Origin: Candidatus Latescibacterota bacterium
Lineage (GTDB): Bacteria; Latescibacterota; UBA2968
Assembly: GCA_965204375.1 (NCBI GenBank)
Contig: OZ241986.1
Location: forward strand, 416,001 to 480,000
DNA: 64,000 bases
Direction: 5' to 3'
The notes below the pieces were generated by a model that saw only the letters and a program-made list of their open reading frames with translations, made no database searches and was not told the origin of the DNA. The position numbers and the translations under genes are program-made. Shown one piece after another: positions 9,724-19,345 of the stretch (the first letter of the stretch is position 1; the number at the start of each line of letters is the position of its first letter).

Positions 9724-10803
9724 TTAAAGATACCGTTCACTATCTGATCGCTCGTCCAATGCAGCGACCACATCTTTTACGCGCTGAGAGCTATCGCGGG
9801 GCAAAATAAGCAGGGCATCGCCCGTATCAACTACGATTAAATTCTCGACATCGACCAGTGCGATTACTTTGTCTTTGCTGCCATAAACTGTTGTGTTTTT
9901 TGCATTGAGCGACAGCACATTGCCACGCAGCACATTGCCATTTTCATCTGTGGGCAAGACATCTGGCAAAGCACCCCACGCGCCAATATCGCTCCACTCG
10001 ATATCTGCTTGCAGGGTCGCAATATCCGACGCGCGTTCGATAATCGCATGATCAATGGCGATGTTTTTCATCTGCGGATAGACCCCGGTAATGACGTCTG
10101 CTTCTCGTCCCTCTTTGGCAGCGGTGCCAATTTGTTCGAGCAGGGCATACATCTCGGGTTCAAATTTTGCAAAAAGATCCAGCATTGTTCTGGCTTTCCA
10201 CACAAACATATTGCTATTCCACAGATATTGACCGCTCTCCAGATATGTTTTTGCGGCTTCTGCATCGGGTTTTTCTCTGAATGACTCTACGGCATAAATC
10301 GGCTCATTGTTTATCTTTGCAATCACATCGCCTTTTTGTATATATCCAAAGCCCGTGTCTGCGCGCGTTGGTTTTACTCCGAGTACAAACAGGGTCTCGG
10401 CGCGACCTTTCAGCGCGTCTTCCGCTACTTTGAGCAACCGACAAAATTCCTCTGGTTTGCCAATGTGATGATCAGAACCCAAACTCGCAATTGTACATCC
10501 GGGAAAACGAGCTTCCAATAAGGCGCACTCAAGCCCGACCGCAGGCCCTGTGTTGCGGAGTGCTGGTTCTACAATCGCGTTTTCAGCAGACAATTCGGGC
10601 AATTGTTCTCGAATGCTATGCAATAGTTTAACGCCGGTAGATACATAAAGGTCATCTATTTTGGCCAGTGAATTGAGGCGATCTACCGCCTCCTGCAACA
10701 TTGTGCGTTCACCCGTCAAAGCGTGAAATTGTTTGGGTCTGCTCTTGCGACTCAAGGGCCATAGCCGCGTACCAACACCACCCGCGCGAATTACAAATTT
10801 CAT
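9724..10803 (-). CDS. manC: Mannose-1-phosphate guanylyltransferase
   Basis: 'AGGVGTRLWPLSR..PKQF', 'EPALRNTGPA', 'FREKPD', 'WSDIGAW'. Confidence 0.9.
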   Translation of the reverse strand: MKFVIRAGGVGTRLWPLSRKSRPKQFHALTGERTMLQEAVDRLNSLAKIDDLYVSTGVKLLHSIREQLPELSAENAIVEPALRNTGPAVGLECALLEARFPGCTIASLGSDHHIGKPEEFCRLLKVAEDALKGRAETLFVLGVKPTRADTGFGYIQKGDVIAKINNEPIYAVESFREKPDAEAAKTYLESGQYLWNSNMFVWKARTMLDLFAKFEPEMYALLEQIGTAAKEGREADVITGVYPQMKNIAIDHAIIERASDIATLQADIEWSDIGAWGALPDVLPTDENGNVLRGNVLSLNAKNTTVYGSKDKVIALVDVENLIVVDTGDALLILPRDSSQRVKDVVAALDERSDSERYL

Positions 10804-10867
10804 GTTCCGTATCCAGATATCATAAAGCCAAAAGTAATATTTCTTGCAAGGGGGTACAACCGAAACC

Positions 10868-10896
10868 TTGCAGCAAAGGCCGTCTTTTTTTATCTT
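10868..10896 (+). promoter_or_regulatory. Putative sigma70 promoter of nadA
   Basis: TTGCAG-17nt-TATCTT. Confidence 0.45.
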
Positions 10897-10952
10897 TATT
10901 CAAATTCACACGCATCATCGGGGGTGCTACCCCACAACAGGAGCTGACTGTT

Positions 10953-12002
10953 ATGGCACTGACTGCCACTACTTTGGAAGAGACCTATCAACAGATGGCC
11001 GAGCGATTAGAGGGCATTGTGCCCGATATCGAATTGCGCTACAAAGCCGAATTGGCTTACGAAATCAATAAGCTAAAAAAAGAGCGCGGGGCCATTATCC
11101 TCGGGCATAACTACATGGAGCCGGCACTTTATCACTCTGTGCCAGATGTCGTGGGCGATTCGCTCGAGTTATCGCGTAAAGCCGCAGAAACCGACGCTGA
11201 TCCCATTGTCTTTTGCGGCGTGCGCTTTATGGCCGAGACCGCAAAAATTCTCAATCCCGACAAAACCGTGCTCTTGCCCGCGCGCGTTGCGGGCTGTTCA
11301 CTCGCCGCGAGCATTACCGCGGAAGATGTTCGCAATCTGCGCGAACAATATCCGGGCGTTCCCATTGTCACGTATATCAACACTTATGCCGATGTCAAAG
11401 CCGAATGCGATATTTGCTGTACATCGGGCAATGCCCACAAAGTTGTCGAATCGCTCAATTCGGATACCATTATCTTTTTGCCCGATGAATATTTAGCCGC
11501 CAATGTGGCGCAAGAGACCAATAAGCGCATTATTTTTCCCACAATAACGGGATTTTCCGATCCCAAACCCGGTCTTGAATACGAAATGATCGGCTGGCAT
11601 GGTAGGTGTGAGGTCCACGAGCAATTTTCCGTTCAGGATATTGAAAATGTGCGCGTGCAGTTTCCCGATGTCGTTGTTCTCTCCCACCCGGAATGCAGTC
11701 CTGAAGTGGTCGCTGCGTCCGATTTTTCGGGCAGTACCTCTCGCATGGTCGATTATGTGCGCGAAATGGATGCCGAGCGGTATTTGCTGCTCACAGAATG
11801 CAGCATGGGCGACAATATCGCAGCGGAAAATCCGGATAAAGAAATGGTTGGCCTGTGCAGCATTCGCTGTCCACATATGAACGAAATTACACTTGAAGAT
11901 ACGCTCAATGCACTTGAATATAACGAGCAAATCATCGAGGTCCCCGAAGAGATCCGCGTGCGCGCATTAAAAGCTGTGGAACGCATGCTGGAGATTGTAT
12001 GA
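10953..12002 (+). CDS. nadA: Quinolinate synthase
   Basis: 'ILGHNY', 'GDSLELS', 'FCGVRFMAETAKILNP', three Fe-S Cys (GCSLA, RCEVH, RCPHM); AGGAG RBS. Confidence 0.97.
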   Translation: MALTATTLEETYQQMAERLEGIVPDIELRYKAELAYEINKLKKERGAIILGHNYMEPALYHSVPDVVGDSLELSRKAAETDADPIVFCGVRFMAETAKILNPDKTVLLPARVAGCSLAASITAEDVRNLREQYPGVPIVTYINTYADVKAECDICCTSGNAHKVVESLNSDTIIFLPDEYLAANVAQETNKRIIFPTITGFSDPKPGLEYEMIGWHGRCEVHEQFSVQDIENVRVQFPDVVVLSHPECSPEVVAASDFSGSTSRMVDYVREMDAERYLLLTECSMGDNIAAENPDKEMVGLCSIRCPHMNEITLEDTLNALEYNEQIIEVPEEIRVRALKAVERMLEIV

Positions 12003-12031
12003 TCGCTTTAAAAACACAGTTACACGATACC

Positions 12032-12059
12032 AAAGGCCCGGTGGATTCCGGGCCTTTTT
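12032..12059. terminator. Bidirectional intrinsic terminator
   Basis: aaaggcccgg-tggatt-ccgggccttttt between convergent genes. Confidence 0.8.
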
Positions 12060-12104
12060 CGATGTTGAACATCAGACCTGTGTGTTTTTGGTCAATGCCC
12101 AATC

Positions 12105-13436
12105 TCACTCACCATCGTAAACTTCTGTTTGGAACAAATTGTTTTGAAAATCGAGGTACTGATCTTTTGTCATCTCTGGTTTGTAATTTGCAAGCACGGC
12201 TTTTGCCTCTGCCGCGCGGTCGTAAAGCAGATCCACTGCCATAAGTGCCAGTGATTTTGCTGGTTCTACATATCCCATCTCTTTATCGGAAATATGCCAC
12301 TCTACGCTGTGTCCTGGTCCCGCGGCTCCCGACATATAGGGATGAATCGCGGGCATAATGCAGGATATATCGCCCATATCTGTTGAACCGGTTCTGTGGC
12401 CGACTGCACAAAATTCATCTTCTCCGAAACGCGCTCTGGCATTTTTTTCATAGAGTGCTTGCAAATCCGCATTGTTTTTTAATGGCATATATCCCGGTAG
12501 TGTTTCTATTTCTACTGTTGCGCCAAGTGCCATTGCACCGGCTCGAAGTGCGCGATCTACTTTCATACTGGCATCGAGAATTGCTTCTGCTGTGCGGCCT
12601 CGAACATAAGTTTCCATGCAAACTTCGTCGGGTATGACATTGACCAAATCTCCGCCTTTGGTGATGATGGGATGCACACGCACTGCATCGTGATCCTGGA
12701 ACGTTTCGCGCTGTGCATTGATGGCATTCAGAGCAATTTGAGCGGCATTCAGAGCATTGATACCCCGGTGAGGTGCGCCTCCCGCATGCGCGGCTTTGCC
12801 CACAAACCGAATCATCTTTGCTACAAATCCATTAGATGAGGCGGAAACCGCGGCTTTTGTCAATGATTCATCGCTATGTGTATGAATCATAATCGCCATA
12901 TCGATATCGTCAAAATGTCCGTGCTTGATCAATTCGGGTTTGCCCCCCAAAAAATTCAACTTGCCCGTTTTCACCAGATTCAAGCGGTATTCAACCTCTA
13001 CAAATTCCTCTGCGGGCACGGCGAAAAAGACGACTCTTCCCGCCAAATCGTCAACTACGCGCGCATCCACTATGCCCATCATTGCACCCATCAATCCCGC
13101 GATCTGTGCATTGTGACCACAAGCATGCGCAGCACCCGTATTGGGATTGGCATTGGGATGGCCGGAAACCAAGAGCGAGTCGAGTTCGCCAATTAGTGCA
13201 ATAGTTGGCCCCGGCTTACTTCCCTGTAACACGCCTTTTACACCTGTAATTGCCAGCTCGGTTTCACACGGTACGCCAAATTCGTCCATTGTTTGCGATA
13301 CCAACTTTGCTGTCTCAAATTCTTTAAATCCCAATTCGGGATTTAACATAATGTGATCGCCAATGCGACAAATCTGATCTCGCCGTCGATCAATGGCTTC
13401 ACAAACGCGCTTCTTGAGTTCGGCTTTTGTGGGCAT
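12105..13436 (-). CDS. M20 family amidohydrolase
   Basis: 'NPELGFKE', 'HACGHN', 'PAEE', 'GKAAHAGGAPHRGINAL', 'GSTDMGD'. Confidence 0.9.
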   Translation of the reverse strand: MPTKAELKKRVCEAIDRRRDQICRIGDHIMLNPELGFKEFETAKLVSQTMDEFGVPCETELAITGVKGVLQGSKPGPTIALIGELDSLLVSGHPNANPNTGAAHACGHNAQIAGLMGAMMGIVDARVVDDLAGRVVFFAVPAEEFVEVEYRLNLVKTGKLNFLGGKPELIKHGHFDDIDMAIMIHTHSDESLTKAAVSASSNGFVAKMIRFVGKAAHAGGAPHRGINALNAAQIALNAINAQRETFQDHDAVRVHPIITKGGDLVNVIPDEVCMETYVRGRTAEAILDASMKVDRALRAGAMALGATVEIETLPGYMPLKNNADLQALYEKNARARFGEDEFCAVGHRTGSTDMGDISCIMPAIHPYMSGAAGPGHSVEWHISDKEMGYVEPAKSLALMAVDLLYDRAAEAKAVLANYKPEMTKDQYLDFQNNLFQTEVYDGE

Positions 13437-13462
13437 AAATTCCTCCGAGTATCTTTATTTTT

Positions 13463-14506
13463 TTACCTGATTTTTAATAATAATATCAGCAAAAGAGGTG
13501 TTACAATGGCCTGTAAAAGTGTAAATCTGACCAGTACCTGTGTATTGGACCAGCCCCATTTCTGGCGGACGTGATCGTGCAGGGGATAACGCACCTGTTT
13601 GAAAATGCCGATTTTAAAAAAGCGCAATAAAGCGACTTTTAGAAGACCTGTTGCGCCATTGACCAGCACCACTCCGGCTACTACAATAATCAAAAACGGA
13701 TTCCCACACGCCAGGACCAGCATGCCGAGTAATAAGCCCAGAGGGCGAGATCCGGCATCGCCCATCAACACGGCACTTGGATTGGCATTGTGCCATAAAT
13801 AGCCCACCAGACACCCCGTCATGACAAAAGCCATTACTGCCCAATTAGCCGCCTCTTTGTAGTGCGGCACAAGCAGATATTGGGCAATATCTCGGTGTCC
13901 CACAATGACGTACAATGCGCCACCCAAAAAAATGAATGCCAGCATGCACAAACTGCCCGATAGGCCATCCACGCCGTCTGTGCAATTTGTAGCATTAATG
14001 GCCATCCACAACAAGCACGTAGCAATGGGGATATAAATCCAGGGTGGCACAATAACCGATGTCTTAATTAGTGGTAGCCACACTTCGACTGCTGCCATCT
14101 GGCACACTACCATAGCTCCTAAAATGGAGATGATCAGATCGAACAACCCCATGCGGTATTCACTCCATTCATAGCGGTCATCGAAAAATCCCACCAGCAT
14201 TGCCAAAAACAGGCATCCCAAAGCGGCCAGATATCGCGTTCCAAGAGGGACAAATAAGAACCCGACAACTATAAAAATAGAAATGAAAATAACGCCTGCC
14301 CCTACGGGCTTGCCTTTATTTAGTGCGGCGCCAACAGCATGCTCACGTCCCTGGTCCTGTGGTAATCTGTGCCACAATTTGGGTAAAATCCTCCAGGTGA
14401 AGACGCAGGCGAGCGCGGTACCTGCACCAACCAAAAAGAGATAAGAAGTGAAGAGGCGAAAAGGCCCATAGATGTCCAACAATTGCTCTCCCAACCAGTA
14501 GAGCAC
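13463..14506 (-). CDS. mraY: Phospho-N-acetylmuramoyl-pentapeptide transferase
   Basis: About 10 TM; 'GFFDD', 'NATNCTDGVDGL', 'MGDAGS', 'PLHDH..GWS'; GTG start. Confidence 0.85.
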   Translation of the reverse strand: MLYWLGEQLLDIYGPFRLFTSYLFLVGAGTALACVFTWRILPKLWHRLPQDQGREHAVGAALNKGKPVGAGVIFISIFIVVGFLFVPLGTRYLAALGCLFLAMLVGFFDDRYEWSEYRMGLFDLIISILGAMVVCQMAAVEVWLPLIKTSVIVPPWIYIPIATCLLWMAINATNCTDGVDGLSGSLCMLAFIFLGGALYVIVGHRDIAQYLLVPHYKEAANWAVMAFVMTGCLVGYLWHNANPSAVLMGDAGSRPLGLLLGMLVLACGNPFLIIVVAGVVLVNGATGLLKVALLRFFKIGIFKQVRYPLHDHVRQKWGWSNTQVLVRFTLLQAIVTPLLLILLLKIR

Positions 14507-14622
14507 AGCGCAAACTCCCGTGTGATATGATTTGAAAAACGAAACAAATCACCCCAATGTAAGGTCTCTATGATTAAAGGGCAAGTCTGAACTCATATCC
14601 GATTCTTTGTAAAAGAAAAACC

Positions 14623-14651
14623 TTGACGCGAAAACAGAGACTTTCTATTTT
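14623..14651 (+). promoter_or_regulatory. sigma70 promoter of the His leader transcript
   Basis: TTGACG-17nt-TATTTT, ending 9 nt before the leader ATG. Confidence 0.65.
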
Positions 14652-14660
14652 GTGGTCATT

Positions 14661-14810
14661 ATGAACGCATTGATCAAAAAACCGGTTATTTTTTTAAATC
14701 CAAACACAGTTTTGGCCGGGGATGCGTTTGTCCGTACCGCTCAGCATCATACTCATCATGCTACGTCTGCGACTTTTTGCATGACGCGCTCGGCGGTGGA
14801 TATGTCATAA
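14661..14810 (+). CDS. Putative histidine attenuator leader peptide (49 aa, HHTHH)
   Basis: MNALIKKPVIFLNPNTVLAGDAFVRTAQHHTHHATSATFCMTRSAVDMS*; four CAT codons within 14745-14759; upstream of a terminator and hisI. Confidence 0.75.
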   Translation: MNALIKKPVIFLNPNTVLAGDAFVRTAQHHTHHATSATFCMTRSAVDMS

Positions 14811-14846
14811 TAGTTGTCCAATGAAATGAACAAGCCCGCTGTCGAG
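14789..14846 (+). promoter_or_regulatory. Antiterminator helix of the His attenuator
   Basis: ctcggcggtgg (14789-14799) pairs 11/11 (3 G-U) with ccgctgtcgag (14836-14846), the terminator 5' arm and loop. Confidence 0.7.
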
Positions 14847-14866
14847 AGACAGTGGGCTTTTTTTTT
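14832..14866 (+). terminator. Attenuator terminator
   Basis: aagcccgctgtc-GAGA-gacagtgggc followed by T9, directly before the AGGAGA RBS. Confidence 0.85.
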
Positions 14867-14878
14867 AGGAGAATGACC

Positions 14879-15601
14879 ATGGCACACAATGACGATGCTT
14901 ATGGACGCATGATGTGGGACTTTCATTGCGGCATGCCCGCAGAGGAAATTGTAGAACGCGAAGATGGATACATAACTGCAGGTGTTTCCAGCGCTTATTT
15001 TAATCCCCATAGCGACTGGCCTCTGCATCAGCGAGAATCGATGAACTATGTTCGTGGATGCGTTCTCGACATCGGTTGTGGACCCGGACGTCATGCTCTC
15101 TACCTTCAGGAAGAAGGTTTTGATGTTTTGGGCATTGACGCTTCTCCTCTTGCGATCAAGGTGGCGAAAGAACGCGGTCTCAAAAAAGCCAGAGTTTTGA
15201 GTGTAACACAAATTTCCTCTCGGCTCGGTCAGTTTGATACCATGCTCATGATGGGCAGTAATTTCGGTCTCTTTGGCAATTTGAAGCGCGCCCGGTGGCT
15301 TTTGAGAAAGATGCGCAATATGACATCTTCCGATGCGAGAATTATTGCCGAATCCGCAGATCCTTACAGCACGACGAGAAAAGCGCATCTGGATTATCAC
15401 AAATTGAATCGCGAGCGGGGCAAGTTCTCGTGTCAGCTCAAAATTCGCATTCGATACGAACATTATATCGGCGCCTGGTTTGAATACCTCAAAGTATCTC
15501 GAAAAGAGATGGCATTTATTCTGGAAGGTACTGGCTGGCAAATTTCGCGATTTATTCCGGAAACGGAGAGTGTTTATGTCGCGATTATTGAGAAAATTTG
15601 A
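14879..15601 (+). CDS. Class I SAM-dependent methyltransferase
   Basis: '[11 protein letters not shown]' motif I, 'GIDASP'; N-terminal 'EIVEREDG'. Confidence 0.85.
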   Translation: MAHNDDAYGRMMWDFHCGMPAEEIVEREDGYITAGVSSAYFNPHSDWPLHQRESMNYVRGCVLDIGCGPGRHALYLQEEGFDVLGIDASPLAIKVAKERGLKKARVLSVTQISSRLGQFDTMLMMGSNFGLFGNLKRARWLLRKMRNMTSSDARIIAESADPYSTTRKAHLDYHKLNRERGKFSCQLKIRIRYEHYIGAWFEYLKVSRKEMAFILEGTGWQISRFIPETESVYVAIIEKI

Positions 15602-15627
15602 GGACAACACAAAAAAAGGAAATCGCT

Positions 15628-16056
15628 ATGGCTATTGATCACACACTCGAAGAAGGCACAGAGATCCATCTCGATTTTGAAAAGGTCCGCAAGGTTGCAC
15701 AGACCGATCACCCCATCATACCCGTTGCGGTACAGGATGTGGATAGCAAAGCCGTTCTCCTGATTGGCTATGTCAATGAACAGGCGCTTGATTACGCGCT
15801 TGAACACCGCGTGGCAACTTTTTGGAGTACTTCGCGCAATGAACTCTGGATTAAAGGGGCCACGTCTGGTGATATGCTCGAATTGGTCGATGTGCGCATC
15901 AACTGCGAGCAAAATTCACTGCTCTATCTCGTGCGCCTCAAAGGCGATGGATCGTGTCATACGAAAGAAAATGGGCAAGCGCGTTACGGCTGTTATTACC
16001 GCAGTATCGATAATGGAAAATTGATATTTGTAAATCCCAAAACCATACCGGAGTAA
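15628..16056 (+). CDS. hisI: Phosphoribosyl-AMP cyclohydrolase
   Basis: 'FWSTSRNELWIKGATSG', 'NCEQNSLL', 'SCHT', 'GCYYR' metal-binding Cys. Confidence 0.9.
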   Translation: MAIDHTLEEGTEIHLDFEKVRKVAQTDHPIIPVAVQDVDSKAVLLIGYVNEQALDYALEHRVATFWSTSRNELWIKGATSGDMLELVDVRINCEQNSLLYLVRLKGDGSCHTKENGQARYGCYYRSIDNGKLIFVNPKTIPE

Positions 16057-16062
16057 TGAGTC

Positions 16063-16563
16063 ATGCCATCAGAGGTCGTTACCCGAATCCGCGCAGATCA
16101 ATGGCAAATTTTCAGGGATGTGCGTCTCCGCGCACTTGAAGATGCGCCTTATGCTTTTGGTACAACGCTGGCAGAAGGGAAAAAAAGAACCGATAGAGAC
16201 TGGCAGGATATGGCGAGAGGCCATGCTACTCTGTCGGATCGCGCTTATTTCATGGCTTATGTGGGGGATAATCCCTGTGGTATGGCGGGTTGTTATCGCA
16301 GGGCATCAGACGTAGTAGTGCTCACCGCGATGTGGGTCGCACCCGAATTTCGAGGACAAAATATCGGTGAGCAGATTGTGTGCGCCGTCATAGAATGGGC
16401 ACGAGAGGGTGGGGCCACTATGCTCGAAGCCTGGGTCAGTGAAAATAATCCAGCGCGTTTTTTTTATCAAAAAATCGGATTTGAAGAGACTGATTTAACC
16501 GAACCGCTTCGCTCAGATTCCAAAATTCAGATGGTTTTGATCAGGCGCGATATTGCGTCCTGA
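16063..16563 (+). CDS. GNAT family N-acetyltransferase
   Basis: 'RLRALEDAPYAF', 'MWVAPEFRGQNIG', 'ARFFYQKIGF'. Confidence 0.85.
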   Translation: MPSEVVTRIRADQWQIFRDVRLRALEDAPYAFGTTLAEGKKRTDRDWQDMARGHATLSDRAYFMAYVGDNPCGMAGCYRRASDVVVLTAMWVAPEFRGQNIGEQIVCAVIEWAREGGATMLEAWVSENNPARFFYQKIGFEETDLTEPLRSDSKIQMVLIRRDIAS

Positions 16564-16571
16564 AATCGGGG

Positions 16572-16600
16572 TTGATTCACTATCTTCTCAACAGTATATT
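16572..16600 (+). promoter_or_regulatory. Putative sigma70 promoter of prs
   Basis: TTGATT-17nt-TATATT. Confidence 0.55.
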
Positions 16601-16675
16601 GCTCACATGGGAAATGGTGTAAAAATGCGGTTGATTCAGACAAATCAGAGCACTCGACGACAGGAGGGAGAAAAC

Positions 16676-17650
16676 GTGGGTTACGATCTCAAAGTTTTTT
16701 CAGGTAATACCAATCGACCATTGGCAGAAGATATTTGCAATATTCTCGATACTCGGCTTGCCGAGGCCACTGTGAGTCAGTTTTCAGGTGGCGAAACACA
16801 TGTGCAAATCGATGAAAACGTGCGCGGCTGCGATGTTTTTATTGTTCAACCTCTTTGTGCAAATGAAGAAGAAGGAATCTCGCCCAATGACGCTTTGATG
16901 GAACTTCTCATCTTGATCGATGCTGCGCGACGCGCCTCTGCCCGACGCATCACAGCGGTTGTACCCTATTATGGCTATGCGCGGCAGGACCGCAAAGACC
17001 GCCCCCGCGTGCCTATCACAGCCAAACTGGTCGCCAATATGATTTATACCGCTGGGGCGAGGCGGGTTTTAACCCTGGACCTGCACGCCAATCAGATCCA
17101 GGGCTTCTTTGACATACCTGTTGACCACCTCTATTCCATTAACATTTTAGGCGAATACTTCAGGCTAAAAAACCTCAAAAACCTCGTTGTTATGGCACCC
17201 GATGTAGGTGGTATAAAAATGGCACGCGCTTATGCCGAACTACTCGGTGCGCCATTGGCTATTGTAGATAAACGCCGCTGGAGTGGTCAAAAAACCGAAG
17301 TTCTGAACGTTATTGGCGAAGTAAAAGACAAAAATATCGTCATTGTTGACGATATTATCTCTACGGGTAGTTCTCTCATCGAAGCCGCTTCTGCATTAAA
17401 AGACAAAGGCGCACGCGATATATGCGCTACTATTGTTCACCCGGTGTTGGCAGATCCCGCCGTTGAGCGCGTGGAAAATTCCATTCTTACAGAGCTTGTC
17501 GTTTCCAATTCCATTCCCGTGCCCAAACGCGCCCAAAATGGCAAAATCAAAATTCTATCAGTTGCTCCTATTCTCGCCGAATCCATCCGTCGCATCAACA
17601 ACGATGAATCCGTCAGTAATCTCTTTGCCAATGCGAAGGTGGAGGGATAA
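16676..17650 (+). CDS. prs: Ribose-phosphate pyrophosphokinase
   Basis: 'VPYYGYARQDRK', 'DLHANQIQGFFDIPVD', 'IVDDIISTG'; GTG start after AGGAGG. Confidence 0.97.
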   Translation: MGYDLKVFSGNTNRPLAEDICNILDTRLAEATVSQFSGGETHVQIDENVRGCDVFIVQPLCANEEEGISPNDALMELLILIDAARRASARRITAVVPYYGYARQDRKDRPRVPITAKLVANMIYTAGARRVLTLDLHANQIQGFFDIPVDHLYSINILGEYFRLKNLKNLVVMAPDVGGIKMARAYAELLGAPLAIVDKRRWSGQKTEVLNVIGEVKDKNIVIVDDIISTGSSLIEAASALKDKGARDICATIVHPVLADPAVERVENSILTELVVSNSIPVPKRAQNGKIKILSVAPILAESIRRINNDESVSNLFANAKVEG

Positions 17651-17684
17651 GTTGCGCGAGCGTAAAAGGGTTTGGTTAAAAAAT

Positions 17685-17715
17685 AAAAACCGACCTGATG
17701 ATGAGGTCGGTTTTT
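17685..17715. terminator. Bidirectional intrinsic terminator
   Basis: aaaaaccgacct-gatgatg-aggtcggttttt. Confidence 0.8.
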
Positions 17716-17754
17716 GATTTTGTAAAGCGTTACAGTTTTGTACTGAAAACGGCG

Positions 17755-18291
17755 TTATGGTTTGCCGATGTTAAAGCCAATCCCTACGGCTGTGCGCAGG
17801 GCGCTTGCATCTTCTTGCTCGCCAATAACCCAGCGTACCTCAAACAAAAGTTCCATTCTGCGGTTCAATAATTGTTTTTCCATGCCTACGAGAATAAAGT
17901 GAAGCGCAGCCTGATATTCGTTTTGAAATTCGTTGATGATCAGCCTTTCGCGCCGCACCCGGTTCACTCCCAATCCACCGCCCATATACGCATACGCAGT
18001 CCCCGATTTATGCGGCCACAAGTACTTTAGAAAAGCCCCACCACCTCTCGCTTGAATTTCGGTACCGTCGAGATCGGATCCGCTTCCTGTCTCAGCACCT
18101 ATTTCGAGGCGAAGGTTGGGCGAAAATACGGTTGCAATATCTGCTTGAAGTACAAAGAAATGCCGTGTGTCGTTTGCCTGTACAACGTCTAAACCAACCT
18201 TGGTTGCCAGATTGTAGAGCTTAAAACCGGCCTGGGCACTCGTTGTAAAAAAAATTAAGACCAAAAATCCGACACCAGCAAAAACCCTCAT
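17755..18291 (-). CDS. Outer-membrane beta-barrel hypothetical protein
   Basis: Signal peptide; 'AYMGGGLGVN' and terminal 'GIGFN' strand pattern. Confidence 0.6.
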   Translation of the reverse strand: MRVFAGVGFLVLIFFTTSAQAGFKLYNLATKVGLDVVQANDTRHFFVLQADIATVFSPNLRLEIGAETGSGSDLDGTEIQARGGGAFLKYLWPHKSGTAYAYMGGGLGVNRVRRERLIINEFQNEYQAALHFILVGMEKQLLNRRMELLFEVRWVIGEQEDASALRTAVGIGFNIGKP

Positions 18292-18333
18292 GACACACTC
18301 CTCACAGCACTTTTTGGCAGTGCGGAATAGCTT

Positions 18334-18651
18334 CTATCTACACGACGCCAGTGCTAATTGTTTGAGATAAGAATAAGTATAAATTCCCGTATCGTGTCCA
18401 TCTATCCACCGAATTTGGATGGCATAATTTCCGACTGGAATGACATCCGACAGATCCACCGATGGCGTTTGATCCGCAGTAATCATCTGCAATTGCTCGT
18501 CTTGCTTTGTCCGCATGTCTTTACACAATGCACATGGGCAGGCTTTTCGCACGTCGGACAAGCTCACGCACAAAATCCCATCGTCTGCCCAATCCATTTC
18601 GAGCCATCCCTCTGCGCGGTCAACGCGAATACGTTTGGGTTTTTCTGCCAC
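18334..18651 (-). CDS. DUF971 (GBBH-like N-terminal) domain protein
   Basis: 'RKACPCALC', 'VGNYAIQIRWIDGHDTGIYTYSYL'. Confidence 0.9.
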   Translation of the reverse strand: MAEKPKRIRVDRAEGWLEMDWADDGILCVSLSDVRKACPCALCKDMRTKQDEQLQMITADQTPSVDLSDVIPVGNYAIQIRWIDGHDTGIYTYSYLKQLALASCR

Positions 18652-18661
18652 GACCAGCCTC

Positions 18662-19324
18662 CTAACGCTTCAACCGATGCCTTAATCCCAATTCCTGAAG
18701 CAAAATACCGTATTGCTCGCGCAGATTGTTTTGCAGAGCAAAGGCGCGGTTATAGGCGATTGCCGCATCTTCAAAAAATCCCTGAGCAGTCAGAATACGC
18801 CCCATTAAAATATAATTGAGCGCGTAATGGGGCATGCGTTCTGTGGTCTCACTTGCCATGTCGAGTGCCCGCTCTAAGCGTCCCGTTTTCAGGTAAATCC
18901 AGCCCAAACCCTGATAGGCTGCGATGATATCGGGATCCAGGGCAAGTCCCTGCTGATAATATTGCTCTGATAGAATTATATCGCCTATCTGCTGATATAG
19001 ATATCCGAGCGCGACCAAAGCGCTTGCGTCAGTCGAGTCCTGGACGGCCAATTGCTGGCAGGTGTCAATTGCGCGATCAAAATCTTCCATTCGCAAATAA
19101 GCCGATATGAGGAGGCGCAATGCTTGTGTGTGTGCGGGGGTTTTTCCCAAAATATCGCGCAAGACGACAGCAGCACCACCGGGATTGCCTGCTTCCAGCG
19201 AATCGACAACACTTTTCAATGCGGGGTCGAGAACCATCGATTCACTGCTTTCAAACATCTCTTGAGCACTGGAAATCTCTGCACCCAAAAGCATAACAAC
19301 GATTATTCCCAGTCGCAATATCAT
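18662..19324 (-). CDS. Secreted TPR protein
   Basis: Signal peptide and several TPR-like helical repeats. Confidence 0.8.
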   Translation of the reverse strand: MILRLGIIVVMLLGAEISSAQEMFESSESMVLDPALKSVVDSLEAGNPGGAAVVLRDILGKTPAHTQALRLLISAYLRMEDFDRAIDTCQQLAVQDSTDASALVALGYLYQQIGDIILSEQYYQQGLALDPDIIAAYQGLGWIYLKTGRLERALDMASETTERMPHYALNYILMGRILTAQGFFEDAAIAYNRAFALQNNLREQYGILLQELGLRHRLKR

Positions 19325-19345
19325 ATACTTCCCTGACCATACCCT

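Noticed and set aside
10850-10952. NAD+-I (nadA motif) riboswitch upstream of nadA (ACAAC motifs, ggggt/acccc hairpin)
   Set aside because: A plausible promoter at 10868-10896 leaves only about 50 nt of UTR and I cannot build the P1/P1a architecture. An Infernal scan would settle it.
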